Positions 25,950 to 36,058 of a stretch of DNA of 64,000 nucleotides are shown one piece after another. The stretch spans positions 19,849-83,848 of the forward strand of contig CALWTY010000001.1 of NCBI GenBank assembly GCA_944384585.1. The letters are read 5' to 3'. Source of the stretch: an uncultured Clostridia bacterium (GTDB taxonomy: Bacteria > Bacillota > Clostridia > Oscillospirales > CAG-272). Position 1 is the first letter of the stretch. Every line of letters begins with the position of its first letter. Below the pieces are notes generated by a model. The model worked only from the letters and a program-made list of their open reading frames with translations. It had not been told where the DNA came from and did no database searches. The position numbers and the translations under genes were made by a program.

Positions 25950-26807
25950 ATGAAAAAGAACAGCCTCAGACTCTTTGCGGAGATCACTGTCGCCGGCATA
26001 CTCCTGCTTCTGAACGCAGCGTCAGCCGTGCGCCTCCGCCTCTGCCGTCAGGAATACGAGGCCTGTCGGGAGGGCACTTTCACCCGATCTTACGAATCGC
26101 TGATCTCGGCGCTTGCCTCCTATCGGAGAGAGCCCGACCGCCGCCTTGCTCCCGTGCTTGCCTTCTGCTTTGCCAATCTGCCTCTCAATGCGGAGGAACA
26201 GAGCCATGCCGCCGCCTTCTGCGCCGACATTGCGGACGAAACGGGGCGGGGAGAGGCAAGGGCGGGGGAGTATTGTCTGACGCTGCTGCGCTTTCTGTCG
26301 GAGGAACGGAGCGCCTGTTATCGGGCGGGGGAGGAAGGGAAAGCGCTCGGACTGCCGCCCTATCCCGAGGAGGAAACGGCGCTGCCGAGCGCCGTCATGC
26401 CGACCGAGCCGGACGACGGGGGAGGAGCCGCGCTTCGGCAGAAGGCGGAGGCGCTGCTCGGCGGGGCCGGCAGACTGACCGACTATTCCCGGTGCGTCGG
26501 GGAGAGGACGATCATCGGCTTCCGCACCGCAAGCTCCTATGCCGAATTCGACGCGGACTCGGGGCGGCTGCTCCGCGCCGTTCTCCATCGCACTCCCACC
26601 GGTATTCGTTCCCTGCGGGAAGAGGAGGCACAGGCCGCCGCGGAGCGGTTTCTGACCGACTGCGGCAGTTCCGGGATGCCCTGCATCGGCATTACCCCGC
26701 AAAACGGCATCTTCCTCCTCCGATTCGGAGACGGAGGCTGCGAGGCGGCCGTCGGCATCACCGCCGACGGCGGCGAGCCCTGCCTGTTCCTTCTGACATC
26801 GCCCTGA
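25950..26807 (+). CDS. hypothetical membrane-anchored protein
   Basis: 285-aa ORF with an N-terminal TM (ITVAGILLLLNAASAV). No motif I can name with confidence. Confidence 0.45.
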   Translation: MKKNSLRLFAEITVAGILLLLNAASAVRLRLCRQEYEACREGTFTRSYESLISALASYRREPDRRLAPVLAFCFANLPLNAEEQSHAAAFCADIADETGRGEARAGEYCLTLLRFLSEERSACYRAGEEGKALGLPPYPEEETALPSAVMPTEPDDGGGAALRQKAEALLGGAGRLTDYSRCVGERTIIGFRTASSYAEFDADSGRLLRAVLHRTPTGIRSLREEEAQAAAERFLTDCGSSGMPCIGITPQNGIFLLRFGDGGCEAAVGITADGGEPCLFLLTSP

Positions 26808-26858
26808 CCCTGCCGGCAGCTGCTTTGCTTCTGACGCGCGGGGATTTCCCGCGAAGGC

Positions 26859-27575
26859 TTACAGAAGCGAGAAGAAGCGCCTGACGACTGAGGCGCCCCG
26901 CTTCGCCGCCGTTTTCGCAAAGGTCGGATAATCGATTGCCGCCGCCTCGTCGCCGCCGTCGGAGATCGCCCGCATCACGCAGCAGGGAACGTCGTTCACA
27001 AAGCAGGTCTGCCCGATCGCCGCTCCCTCCATCTCGCAAGCCATCGCGCCGAAGCGGCCGACGATCCTCTGCTTTTCGGCGCTGTCGCTCATGAAGCGGT
27101 CGCCGGAGGCGATCGTCCCGCTCAGCGGCGAGAGCCCCTCCTCGCGTGCCGCCCGGAGCAGCAGCGCCGAGTATTCCTCGCTGCAAGGCAGATAGACCCG
27201 ATTGATCCCGGAAACCATGCCCACGGGATCGCCCAGCGCCGAGGTATCCATATCGTGCTGTACCAGCCGCTCCCCGACGATCACGTCCCCGATCGACAGC
27301 CGATCGGTCAGCGTCCCCGCGACGCCGGTATTGAGGATCAGCGCGGGGGCGTAGCGCAGGATCATCGTCTGGGCACAGATCGCGGCAAAGACCTTTCCGA
27401 TGCCGCAGACGGCGATTACGCAGCCGATTCCGTTCAGCCGTCCCGCGCGGAAGAGCATCCCGCCGATCCGCTCCTCCCGCACCTCCGTCATGGCGGAGAC
27501 AAGATCCTCCGCCTCGATCTGCATGGCGGCGATCACGCCGACGATCCGCTCATCCTTCCGCATAACGAAAATCAT
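26859..27575 (-). CDS. mtnN: 5-methylthioadenosine/S-adenosylhomocysteine nucleosidase
   Basis: IGVIAAMQIEA, CGIGKV, NTGVAG and MEGAAIGQ motifs. Confidence 0.9.
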   Translation of the reverse strand: MIFVMRKDERIVGVIAAMQIEAEDLVSAMTEVREERIGGMLFRAGRLNGIGCVIAVCGIGKVFAAICAQTMILRYAPALILNTGVAGTLTDRLSIGDVIVGERLVQHDMDTSALGDPVGMVSGINRVYLPCSEEYSALLLRAAREEGLSPLSGTIASGDRFMSDSAEKQRIVGRFGAMACEMEGAAIGQTCFVNDVPCCVMRAISDGGDEAAAIDYPTFAKTAAKRGASVVRRFFSLL

Positions 27576-28008
27576 GCTCCTTTCGATTCAGAACGGCAAG
27601 ATACCGCTCGCATTCCCGCTTGGCGGCGGCAAGATCCAGCTCCCGATAGTTGCCGCACTCCCGTCGGCTCGCCCCGAAGACCTCTCCTTCATGAGCGATG
27701 ATATCGGCCATCGTCTGCTTCAGCACCGCCAGCACCCGCTCCGGCGCCTCCTCCCGCACCAGCAGATAAAATCCGGTGCGGCAGCCCATCGGCCCGAAAT
27801 AGAGAATACGGTCTGCGATTTCGGAATTCCTCAGATAGGTCGCCGCCATATGCTCGACGGTATGCATGGTGATATTGTCCATATACTCCCCGCCGTTCGG
27901 CGTCCTCGTCCGCAGATCGTAGGTGATGACGTCGCCGTCGATCCTCGAAATATAGATGCCCGGCGTGAGCAGATCATGATTGACGGTAAAGCTGGTGATC
28001 TTCTTCAT
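27550..28008 (-). CDS. luxS: S-ribosylhomocysteine lyase
   Basis: SFTVNH...HTVEHM...GPMGCRTGFY metal-site motifs. Start at the internal ATG at MKKITS. Confidence 0.9.
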   Translation of the reverse strand: MKKITSFTVNHDLLTPGIYISRIDGDVITYDLRTRTPNGGEYMDNITMHTVEHMAATYLRNSEIADRILYFGPMGCRTGFYLLVREEAPERVLAVLKQTMADIIAHEGEVFGASRRECGNYRELDLAAAKRECERYLAVLNRKEHDFRYAEG

Positions 28009-28049
28009 AGGTTCTCCTTCCGCCGTCTGCGCGGCGATGTGATGGGCGG

Positions 28050-29264
28050 TCATACGACCTGAAAGATAAAGAATTTAAGGTATTCCGTCTCCGGCACGTT
28101 CCAAAGGATGGGATGATCGGGGGACTGCTGCCGCGCCTCGATCTGACGGAGGGAAACATCCGCTTCGGCGGCGGCATTGTGAAGCATCGTCTTGAAGAGC
28201 GGCTCGGTCATGAAATGGGAGCAGGAGCAAGTGGCCAGATAGCCGCCCCGCGGCAGCAGGCGCATCGCCTTCAGATTGATCTCCTTGTAGCCCCGCATCG
28301 CCGCCTTGACGGTGCTGCGGCTTTTGGTGAAGGCGGGGGGATCGAGGATAATAAAGTCATAGTCGCCTTCCGCCGCCTCCTTCGTCAGAAAATCGAACAC
28401 GTCGGCGCAGCGGAAGGTGATCCGCCCGTTCAGTCCGTTGAGCGCTGCGTTATGCTCCGCCATCCGGAGCGCGTCCGCCGACACGTCAACGGCAGTGACC
28501 GCCGCCGCGCCTCCCGCGGCGGCGTTGAGCGCAAAAGCTCCGGTGTGCGTAAAGCAATCCAGCACCCGCTTGCCCCCTGCGATCCGCGCCACCGCCGCGC
28601 GGTTGTATTTCTGATCGAGAAAGAAGCCGGTCTTCTGCCCGTTCAGGCAGTCGACGGCATAGCGGATCCCGTTCTCGACGATCTCACTTTCGCCGCACTC
28701 CGAAAGCCCCTCTCCCCGATAAAAGCCGACGCCGCAGGGCAGCCCCTCCAGCTCCCGGATCTTCACGTCGTTCCGCTCGCAGACCGCCGTGATCTCCTCC
28801 CCCATCTCACGCAGACAGGCGACGACAGCAGGGAGGATCACCTCCTTGAGGCGCTCCGTCCCGAGGGAGAGAATCTGCACAGAAAGCACTCCGCCGAAGC
28901 GATCGACGGTCAGCCCCGGGAAGCCGTCGGCCTCCCCGAAGATCAGGCGGCAGCAGGAAAAATCCGACCCCGGCATGACGGTCCGCCGATACCCGATCGC
29001 ATACCGGACCCGCCTCTGCCAGAAGCGCTCGTCGATGATATCGTTCGCATTTCGGGAGATGATGCGGATGCGGATCTTGGAGGCGTCGTTGATAAAGCCC
29101 GTGCCGAGATAGCGCTCCTTCCGGGACAGCACGTCGACAAGCCCGCCGTTGACGTATTCGCCGTCAAGCTGCGTCACCTCGTCGGCATAGACCCACGGAT
29201 GCCCTCCGCGAAGCGCCTTTTCCCCCTTCTCGGTGATATATGCCCGGGGATACCTTTTTTCCAT
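28050..29264 (-). CDS. class I SAM-dependent rRNA (cytosine-C5) methyltransferase, RlmI-like
   Basis: N-terminal PUA-like region (GHPWVY), LDCFTHTGAFAL and IILDPPAF motifs. Confidence 0.8.
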   Translation of the reverse strand: MEKRYPRAYITEKGEKALRGGHPWVYADEVTQLDGEYVNGGLVDVLSRKERYLGTGFINDASKIRIRIISRNANDIIDERFWQRRVRYAIGYRRTVMPGSDFSCCRLIFGEADGFPGLTVDRFGGVLSVQILSLGTERLKEVILPAVVACLREMGEEITAVCERNDVKIRELEGLPCGVGFYRGEGLSECGESEIVENGIRYAVDCLNGQKTGFFLDQKYNRAAVARIAGGKRVLDCFTHTGAFALNAAAGGAAAVTAVDVSADALRMAEHNAALNGLNGRITFRCADVFDFLTKEAAEGDYDFIILDPPAFTKSRSTVKAAMRGYKEINLKAMRLLPRGGYLATCSCSHFMTEPLFKTMLHNAAAEADVSLRQIEARQQSPDHPILWNVPETEYLKFFIFQVV

Positions 29265-29392
29265 ATGACGGACGTCCTTTCGCTGTTCAGCATGATTTCT
29301 TATTCTTATTATTTTACCACAACCGGCGGAAAATTACAATAGATTTTGCCGGAAATCCGCCGCCCGGACGCCTCATTTTCCGAGCGGCTCTG

Positions 29393-29421
29393 TTGACAAA
29401 GCCTGCGCTTTGTTATATAAT
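29393..29421 (+). promoter_or_regulatory. consensus sigma-A promoter at the head of the glycopolymer locus
   Basis: TTGACA (29393-29398), 17-nt spacer, TATAAT (29416-29421). Confidence 0.65.
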
Positions 29422-29528
29422 TGTATATATTCGATTCCCCCGCCCGGCGGGGCTTCGACGGCGGAGAGTCCTGCCCGCCCGCATTCCAACGTCAGATCCT
29501 GCGCAGCGCGGAGGATCGGAAGGCTGCT

Positions 29529-30176
29529 ATGTACAGATTGTGTTTCAAAAGATTGCTTGATCTGCTGATTTCGGGGATCGCCATCCTGCTGCTGACCCCC
29601 GTCTGGCTGATCCTTTCGCTGCTGATCGTGCTTGACGACCCCGGCAGCGTCTTCTTCCGTCAGCGACGGGTGGGGAGGGGAAAACGGCTCTTCACCATTC
29701 TGAAATTCAGAACCATGAAGGCGAAAGCCCCCCATGACACCCCCACGCATCTGCTGAAGGATCCCGACCGATACATAACCCGCGTCGGACGCTTCCTGCG
29801 GAAGACCTCCCTCGACGAGCTGCCGCAGCTGTTCAATATTTTCATCGGGCAGATGTCCCTCGTCGGCCCTCGCCCCGCGCTTTGGAATCAGTACGATCTG
29901 ATCGCAGAGCGGGATCGTTACGGCGCAAACGAGCTTCGCCCCGGTCTGACCGGCCTTGCCCAGATCAACGGCAGAGACGAGCTGCCGATCCCGGAAAAGG
30001 CACGGCTGGACGGGGAATATGTCAGCCGCCTCGGCTTTCTGACCGATCTGCGCTGCCTCGGCGGAACCGTTTCCGCCGTCTTTCGTCATAAGGGCGTTGT
30101 CGAGGGCGGGACCGGCGCGCCGGAGACCGGGGAGCAGGAGACGGCCGCCTGCCGCGACCGACAGGAGCAAATATGA
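29529..30176 (+). CDS. small (monotopic) phosphoglycosyl transferase / bacterial sugar transferase, priming enzyme
   Basis: KRLLDLL...LLLTP, RVG..G..F...KFRTM, DELPQL.N...G.MSLVGPRP motifs. Start at the internal ATG at MYRLCF after GGAGGA. Confidence 0.85.
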   Translation: MYRLCFKRLLDLLISGIAILLLTPVWLILSLLIVLDDPGSVFFRQRRVGRGKRLFTILKFRTMKAKAPHDTPTHLLKDPDRYITRVGRFLRKTSLDELPQLFNIFIGQMSLVGPRPALWNQYDLIAERDRYGANELRPGLTGLAQINGRDELPIPEKARLDGEYVSRLGFLTDLRCLGGTVSAVFRHKGVVEGGTGAPETGEQETAACRDRQEQI

Positions 30177-31267
30177 AATATCTGATCCTGACCAACCATT
30201 CCCATATGCTCTGGCAGTTCCGCCGGGATCTGCTGGCAGCGCTGCTGACACGGGGCGAGGTCGCGGTCTGCACCCCCTTCTGCGGACGGGAGGAGGAGCT
30301 GGTACGGCTCGGCTGCCGTCTGATCCGCACCGAGGTCGATCGCCGCGGCCTCAATCCCCTCACCGATCTGCGCCTCTTTTTCCGCTACCGCCGTCTGATC
30401 CGCGCCGAAAAGCCCGATGCCGTCATCACCTATTCCGTCAAGCCGAACATCTACGGCGGCCTTGCCTGCCGCCTCTCCGGCGTTCCCTGCTATGTCAACG
30501 TGCAGGGGCTCGGCAGCGCCTTCCGCAAAAAGCCGCTCGCCGCGCTGGTGACGAGGATGTATCGGACGGCTCTGCGGCGGGCAGAGCGGGTCTTTTTTGA
30601 AAACAACGCCAATCTCACCCGCTTCACGGAAAACGGGATCATTCGCAAGGAGCAGGCGGTCCTGCTGCCCGGCGCGGGGGTCGATACCTCGCTCTATGCC
30701 TTCAGCCCCTATCCCTCCGAGGAAAAGGGCATCGTCTTCCTCTTTGCCGGTCGGATCATGAAGGAGAAGGGCGTGGAGGAGCTATTTCACGCGGCGGAGA
30801 GGCTTAAAGCCGAATACCGCGACAGAGTGCGCTTTGTCCTTGCCGGATTTTCGGAGGATCACTTTTCCGAACGGCTCGGGGCGCTGACCGAGGCGGAGAT
30901 CCTTGAGTACTGTGGCTTTCAGACCGATCTGCTTCCCCTTTACCAAAGCTGTCACTGCGTCGTCCTCCCCTCCTATCACGAGGGAATGTCCAATGTCCTG
31001 CTGGAGGGAGCTTCCGTCGGACGGGCGCTCATCACCTCCGATATCCCCGGCTGCCGCGAGGCCGTCCTCCCCGAGGAGAGCGGCTATCTCTGCCCGCCCG
31101 CCGACAGCGAGGGACTTTACCGCTGTCTGAAGCGGTTTCTTGCCCTTACCCCCGAGGAGCGCGCCGCCATGGGGAGACGGGGGCGGGAGCATATGGCGGC
31201 ATTTGAGAAGAAGACCGTCGTCGCGCTGACGCTCAGTCATCTGCCTGCGGAGGAAAACAATGCCTGA
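30173..31267 (+). CDS. glycosyltransferase, GT4 (GT-B) family
   Basis: C-terminal EGMSNVLLEGASVGRALITSDIPGCRE signature. ATGA overlap with the upstream gene. Confidence 0.85.
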   Translation: MKYLILTNHSHMLWQFRRDLLAALLTRGEVAVCTPFCGREEELVRLGCRLIRTEVDRRGLNPLTDLRLFFRYRRLIRAEKPDAVITYSVKPNIYGGLACRLSGVPCYVNVQGLGSAFRKKPLAALVTRMYRTALRRAERVFFENNANLTRFTENGIIRKEQAVLLPGAGVDTSLYAFSPYPSEEKGIVFLFAGRIMKEKGVEELFHAAERLKAEYRDRVRFVLAGFSEDHFSERLGALTEAEILEYCGFQTDLLPLYQSCHCVVLPSYHEGMSNVLLEGASVGRALITSDIPGCREAVLPEESGYLCPPADSEGLYRCLKRFLALTPEERAAMGRRGREHMAAFEKKTVVALTLSHLPAEENNA

Positions 31268-32069
31268 AATCAGTGTTCTGATGCCGATCCGCAACTGCGC
31301 GGACACCCTGCCCGAAGCCATCGACAGCATCCTCCGCCAGAGTTTCCCCGACTGGGAGCTGATCCTCTGCGACGACGGCAGCACCGACAACACCCGCGCC
31401 GTCGCCTCCTCCTATGCCGAGCGCTTCCCCGAAAAGCTGCGCCTCTTGGTCAATCCCGTCAATCTCGGCCTCAACCGCACTCTCAACCGCTGTCTTGCGG
31501 AGGCCAAGGGACGCTATATCGCCAGAATGGACGGCGACGACCGCTGCTCCCCCGACCGCTTTGAGAAGGAGCGGGCGGTGCTGGAGGCGGAGCAGGATAT
31601 CGCCCTCGTCAGCTCCGCCATGACGCATTTCGACGAGGCGGGGGAGTGGGGGCTTCAGACCCACCCGGAACGGCCGTCGGCACGGGATTTCCTGCACGGC
31701 TCCCCCTTCTGCCATGCGCCCTGCATGATGCGGCGTGAGGCTTGTCTTGCCGTCGGCGGCTACAGCGAAGGAAAGCGGCTGCTGCGGGTGGAGGATTATC
31801 ACCTCTGGATGAAGCTCTACGCCGCCGGCTACCGCGGGCGCAATCTCCCGGAGCCGCTTTACTCCATGCGGGACGACCGCGCCGCAAGGAAACGCCGCCG
31901 ATTCCGCTATCGTCTCAACGAAGCCTATGTCAGAGCCCTCTGCGTCCGCAGGCTGCACCTGCCGCTCCCGGGCTATCTCTTCGCCCTGCGCCCGATTCTG
32001 GTCGGGCTTCTTCCCGCCCGGCTCTATGACCTGCTGCATAAGCGCAGAATGAAAGGCGGATGTCCATGA
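31260..32069 (+). CDS. glycosyltransferase, GT2 family
   Basis: ISVLMPIRNCADTLPEAIDSILRQSF...LILCDDGSTD...ARMDGDD. Confidence 0.85.
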   Translation: MPEISVLMPIRNCADTLPEAIDSILRQSFPDWELILCDDGSTDNTRAVASSYAERFPEKLRLLVNPVNLGLNRTLNRCLAEAKGRYIARMDGDDRCSPDRFEKERAVLEAEQDIALVSSAMTHFDEAGEWGLQTHPERPSARDFLHGSPFCHAPCMMRREACLAVGGYSEGKRLLRVEDYHLWMKLYAAGYRGRNLPEPLYSMRDDRAARKRRRFRYRLNEAYVRALCVRRLHLPLPGYLFALRPILVGLLPARLYDLLHKRRMKGGCP

Positions 32070-32770
32070 TCCCGAAAAAGATCCATTACTGCTGGTTCGG
32101 TCGGGGGGAAAAGCCGAAGCTCGCCCTCCGCTGCATCGAAAGCTGGAAAAAATACTGTCCCGATTACGAGCTGACCGAGTGGAACGAGGACAATTTCGAC
32201 TTCTCCGCCCACCCCTATCTCTCCTATTGCCTGCAAAACCGAAAATGGGCGTTTCTGAGCGATTTCGCCCGCCTGATCGCCGTAAGGGATCACGGCGGGA
32301 TCTACTTTGACACCGACGTGGAGGTGCTTCGCTCCTTCGATCCCCTCCTCGGAAACGAGGCCTTTTACGGCTTTGAGAACCGGGAATTCATCGCAACCGG
32401 ACTCGGCTTCGGGGCGGAGGCAGGACATCCGACCGTGACGGCGATGGCGGCGCAGTACGAGGCGCTTGCCCCCGACCGGAACGGCGACTATCCCCTGATC
32501 GTCTGTCCGAGGCTCAATACCGACGCGCTCCTCCCCTTCGGTCTGATCGGAAACGGAAAACGTCAGACCGTCGGCGGGGCGCTGATCCTGCCGCCCGAGG
32601 TCCTGAATCCTTATGACGATCCGACGGGACGGCTCAACAGGACCGGGAACACCTATTCGATCCATTGGTACTCCAAAAGCTGGCTGAGCAAGAGCGTGAT
32701 CCTGCGAAGCAAGCTGACAAAGCCCCTGCACCGCATCTTCGGAACAGACTGCTTCAGAAAACGGAAATAA
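32060..32770 (+). CDS. DXD-motif glycosyltransferase (GT32/OCH1-like, capsular polysaccharide synthesis type)
   Basis: IPKKIHYCWFG...SW.KYCPDYE...SDFARL...GGIYFDTDVEV. Confidence 0.75.
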   Translation: MSMIPKKIHYCWFGRGEKPKLALRCIESWKKYCPDYELTEWNEDNFDFSAHPYLSYCLQNRKWAFLSDFARLIAVRDHGGIYFDTDVEVLRSFDPLLGNEAFYGFENREFIATGLGFGAEAGHPTVTAMAAQYEALAPDRNGDYPLIVCPRLNTDALLPFGLIGNGKRQTVGGALILPPEVLNPYDDPTGRLNRTGNTYSIHWYSKSWLSKSVILRSKLTKPLHRIFGTDCFRKRK

Positions 32771-32812
32771 CCCCATCGGGGAGTAAGGAATCCGTCTATC
32801 CGGGAGGTACTT

Positions 32813-34021
32813 ATGAAAAAAGTTCTGATCGTCTCACACGCGCTGGAAATCGGCGGCGCGGAGCGCGCCCTGATCGGTCTGCTGTCGGCCTTTGATCTTA
32901 CGGAATACGAGGTGGAGCTGTTTCTGCTCCGCCACAGCGGGGAGCTGCTCGGTCTGATCCCGGAGGGGATCACGCTTCTGCCGGAAAAGCGCGCCTATTC
33001 CTGCATGGCCGTCCCGATCGGGCGGGTGCTTGCCAAGCTGCAGCTGCCGGTGGCATGGGGACGCTTCAAGGGAAAGCGCGCCGCCGCCCGCTACGCCGAG
33101 GCGCACGGCATCAACGGCGCCGCCGTCGCCCTCGAATACAGCCACAAATACACCGTGTCCCGTATGCCGATGATCAGCGAGAAGGAATACGATCTGGCGA
33201 TCAGCTTTCTCACCCCCCACTACTACACGGCGCAGAAGTGCCGCGCCAAAAAGAAGCTCGCCTGGATCCATACCGACTACGCCTTCCTCGACGTCGATAC
33301 CGAATCGGAGCTTGCCATGTGGTCGGCCTACGATCGGATCGTCTCGATCTCCGACGACGTAAGCCGCTCCTTCCTGCGGAAATTTCCCTCCCTTGAGGAG
33401 CGTCTGCTCCGCGTCGACAACATCATCTCCCCCGAAAGCATTCGCAAATGCGCCGATGCCGTTGACGTTTCGGAGGAGATGGAGGGTAAGCTCCGCCTGC
33501 TCTCCTGCGGCAGATTCTGTGAGCAGAAAAATTTCGATAACATCCCCGATCTTTGCCGTCGGCTCGTCGATCTCGGACACGACGTGAAGTGGTATCTGAT
33601 CGGCTTCGGCCCCGACGAGGAGCTGATCCGCGGCAAGATCTCGGTCTTCGGCGTGGAGAACCGCGTCGTCATCCTCGGTAAGAGGACCGATCCCTATCCC
33701 TACATGAAGGCCTGCGACCTTTACGTCCAGCCCTCCCGCTACGAGGGGAAGGCGGTCGCGGTGCGGGAGGCGCAGATCATCGGAAAGCCGGTCGTCATCA
33801 CCTCCTACGCCACGGCGCAGAGCCAGCTCACCGACGGCTTTGACGGGGTCATCGTCCCCTCCGACAATGCGGGCTGTGCCGAGGGGATCTCGGCGCTCCT
33901 GCGCGATCCCGACCGCATGAAGGCGCTGTCCGACAACTGCCTCGCCTCCGATTACTCCAACCGCTCCGAGATCCTGAAGGTATATGAGGTCCTGGCAGAG
34001 CAGCCCTCCGATCCCGCATGA
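32813..34021 (+). CDS. glycosyltransferase, GT4 (GT-B) family
   Basis: KVLIVSHALEIGGAERAL N-terminus and SRYEGKAVAVREAQIIGKPVV C-terminal motif. Confidence 0.85.
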   Translation: MKKVLIVSHALEIGGAERALIGLLSAFDLTEYEVELFLLRHSGELLGLIPEGITLLPEKRAYSCMAVPIGRVLAKLQLPVAWGRFKGKRAAARYAEAHGINGAAVALEYSHKYTVSRMPMISEKEYDLAISFLTPHYYTAQKCRAKKKLAWIHTDYAFLDVDTESELAMWSAYDRIVSISDDVSRSFLRKFPSLEERLLRVDNIISPESIRKCADAVDVSEEMEGKLRLLSCGRFCEQKNFDNIPDLCRRLVDLGHDVKWYLIGFGPDEELIRGKISVFGVENRVVILGKRTDPYPYMKACDLYVQPSRYEGKAVAVREAQIIGKPVVITSYATAQSQLTDGFDGVIVPSDNAGCAEGISALLRDPDRMKALSDNCLASDYSNRSEILKVYEVLAEQPSDPA

Positions 34022-34040
34022 TCCGCAGAAAGGACTTGTC

Positions 34041-35075
34041 ATGCCGAAAATAAGCGTCATCGTCCCGGTCTACAACAGCGAGCGCTATCTGTCCCGCTGC
34101 CTCAACAGCCTCCTCTCCGGGCGGGAACAGGATCTTGAGATCCTGCTGATCGACGACGGCAGCACCGACCGAAGCGGGCTCCTCTGCGACGAGTATGCCG
34201 CCTCCGACCCCCGCGTCCGCGTGATCCATCAGGAAAACGGCGGGGTCTCCGCCGCCCGCAACCGCGGGATCCGAGAGGCTGTCGGGGAGTATCTCTCCTT
34301 CGTCGACAGCGACGATCACGTCGATCCCGGTTTTTACCGCCGTCTGCTTGACGGAGCGGAGCGGGGTTGCGACGTGGTGATGTGTGACGCCGTCAAGGAA
34401 TCGGGGCGGCAAGAGGCCCTCTTTACGCAGGATATCCGACCGGGCTTCTATGACCGCGCCGCGCTGACCGCCGAATATTTCCCGAAGCTGATCATGCAGA
34501 ACACCCTGACCTACCCGCCCGCCACCTCCAACTGGCTGCTTCTCATCCGCCGCGAACTGATCCTGAAGCATCGGCTCTCCTATCCGCTCGGTATCCGGAT
34601 CTCGGAGGATCTTTATTTCGGTGCGGCGATCATGTATCACGCGCAGTCCTTTACCTACCTCAAGGGGGAGGCGCTTTACCGCTATGAGGCCGGCAACGCC
34701 GACTCCGCCTCCAAAAAAGCCGATCCCGCGCTGTGGCCCGGCTACGAGAGGCTGCTGACGCTGCTTTGGGAGACATTCGGCGGGGCGGAGGAGTACGATT
34801 TCTCAACGCAGCTATCCCACGCCGCGCTGTTTTTCGCCCTCCATACGATCGGACAGACCGCCGCCTATCCCCTCACTGCCGCCGAAAAGCACAGGATCAC
34901 CGACCGGGTGGTGACAAGCCGCTTCCTCAGAGAGGCGATGTCCTCGGTCTCCTCCCTTGCCGTCCCGACCAAGCTGCTTTGGCAGACAAAGCTCCTCGGA
35001 AGCCGTCCGACCGCCCGCCTCCTGACCGATTACCTGATCCTCAGATCCAAAAGAAAGAAGGGCAGACAGCCATGA
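34041..35075 (+). CDS. glycosyltransferase, GT2 family
   Basis: ISVIVPVYNSERYL...LLIDDGSTD...NGGVSAARN...FVDSDD. Confidence 0.85.
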   Translation: MPKISVIVPVYNSERYLSRCLNSLLSGREQDLEILLIDDGSTDRSGLLCDEYAASDPRVRVIHQENGGVSAARNRGIREAVGEYLSFVDSDDHVDPGFYRRLLDGAERGCDVVMCDAVKESGRQEALFTQDIRPGFYDRAALTAEYFPKLIMQNTLTYPPATSNWLLLIRRELILKHRLSYPLGIRISEDLYFGAAIMYHAQSFTYLKGEALYRYEAGNADSASKKADPALWPGYERLLTLLWETFGGAEEYDFSTQLSHAALFFALHTIGQTAAYPLTAAEKHRITDRVVTSRFLREAMSSVSSLAVPTKLLWQTKLLGSRPTARLLTDYLILRSKRKKGRQP

Positions 35076-36058
35076 AGCCCGCGGTTTCCGTCATTCTGCC
35101 GGTCTACAACAAAGCCCCTTATATCGAAGCGACCCTTTCCTCCGTCCTCGCGCAGCGCGTGACCGGGTTCGAGCTGATCGTCGTCGACGACGGCAGCACC
35201 GACGGGACCGGCCTTCTTTGCGACGGCTATGCCGCCCGCGACAACCGGATCCGCGTCATCCACAAGGAAAACGGCGGAGTCTCCTCCGCCCGCAATACCG
35301 CGCTGAAGGCCGCGGAAGGCGACTATATCGTGCTTCTTGACGGAGACGACACCGTAAGTGAGGATTGGCTGTCGGCGCTTCTGGGCGAGGCGGAAGCCTC
35401 CTCGGCGGACGTGGTCATAAGCGGTCTTGAAAAAACCGACGAGGCAGGCAATTCCCTCTCACGGCTCCTGCCGCCGCGGGAGGGGCTGTTCACCCCGAAG
35501 ACGCTTTTAGACGAGTATTCGGAGCTGCAAAAGGAGGGCATCCTCGGCTTCTCCGGGGGCAAGCTCTTCCGCCGTTCTCTGCTCGAGGGGGAGGCGCTTC
35601 TCTTTGACGAGACGATTCGCATGGCGGAGGATCTCGATTTCTTCATGCGCCTGTATCGCCGCGCGGAGAAGATCCGGCTCTGCTTTGCCTGCGGCTATCG
35701 CTATCGGCAGAACAGCGCCGCTTCGACCGGCTCGCAGAGCGCCTATTCCGTCGATTACGCCGCCCAGATCGGAATCTGGCTCAGGATCAGACAAAGCCTT
35801 CTGGAGCTCGACGCTTACCACGACCGCAACCGCGCGTTTGTCGAGGATCGGCTCGGCCGCTATCTCAGCTGCGCCCTTCTCTACCGTTCGGCCGTCAATA
35901 CCGCCTCCGCCCGCCTCCTCCGCGCCCGCTGCAAAGGACTGAAGGCAAGGGGAACGGGCTCGCTGATGCCCGCAGCCCTGCTGTATAACGCAAGACTCGA
36001 CCGCCTGGGAGAATGCTACGCGGCGCTCTATCGGAAACGTGGAAGGGGGAAGCTGTGA
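35072..36058 (+). CDS. glycosyltransferase, GT2 family
   Basis: VSVILPVYNKAPYI...IVVDDGSTD...NGGVSSARN...LLDGDD. ATGA overlap with the upstream gene. Confidence 0.85.
   Translation: MKPAVSVILPVYNKAPYIEATLSSVLAQRVTGFELIVVDDGSTDGTGLLCDGYAARDNRIRVIHKENGGVSSARNTALKAAEGDYIVLLDGDDTVSEDWLSALLGEAEASSADVVISGLEKTDEAGNSLSRLLPPREGLFTPKTLLDEYSELQKEGILGFSGGKLFRRSLLEGEALLFDETIRMAEDLDFFMRLYRRAEKIRLCFACGYRYRQNSAASTGSQSAYSVDYAAQIGIWLRIRQSLLELDAYHDRNRAFVEDRLGRYLSCALLYRSAVNTASARLLRARCKGLKARGTGSLMPAALLYNARLDRLGECYAALYRKRGRGKL

Noticed and set aside
26859-28008. Adjacent, overlapping luxS and mtnN as a quorum-sensing module.
   Set aside because: These two enzymes form the standard activated-methyl-cycle pair. 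No AI-2 receptor or transporter (lsr-type) or regulator is nearby, so nothing here goes beyond housekeeping.
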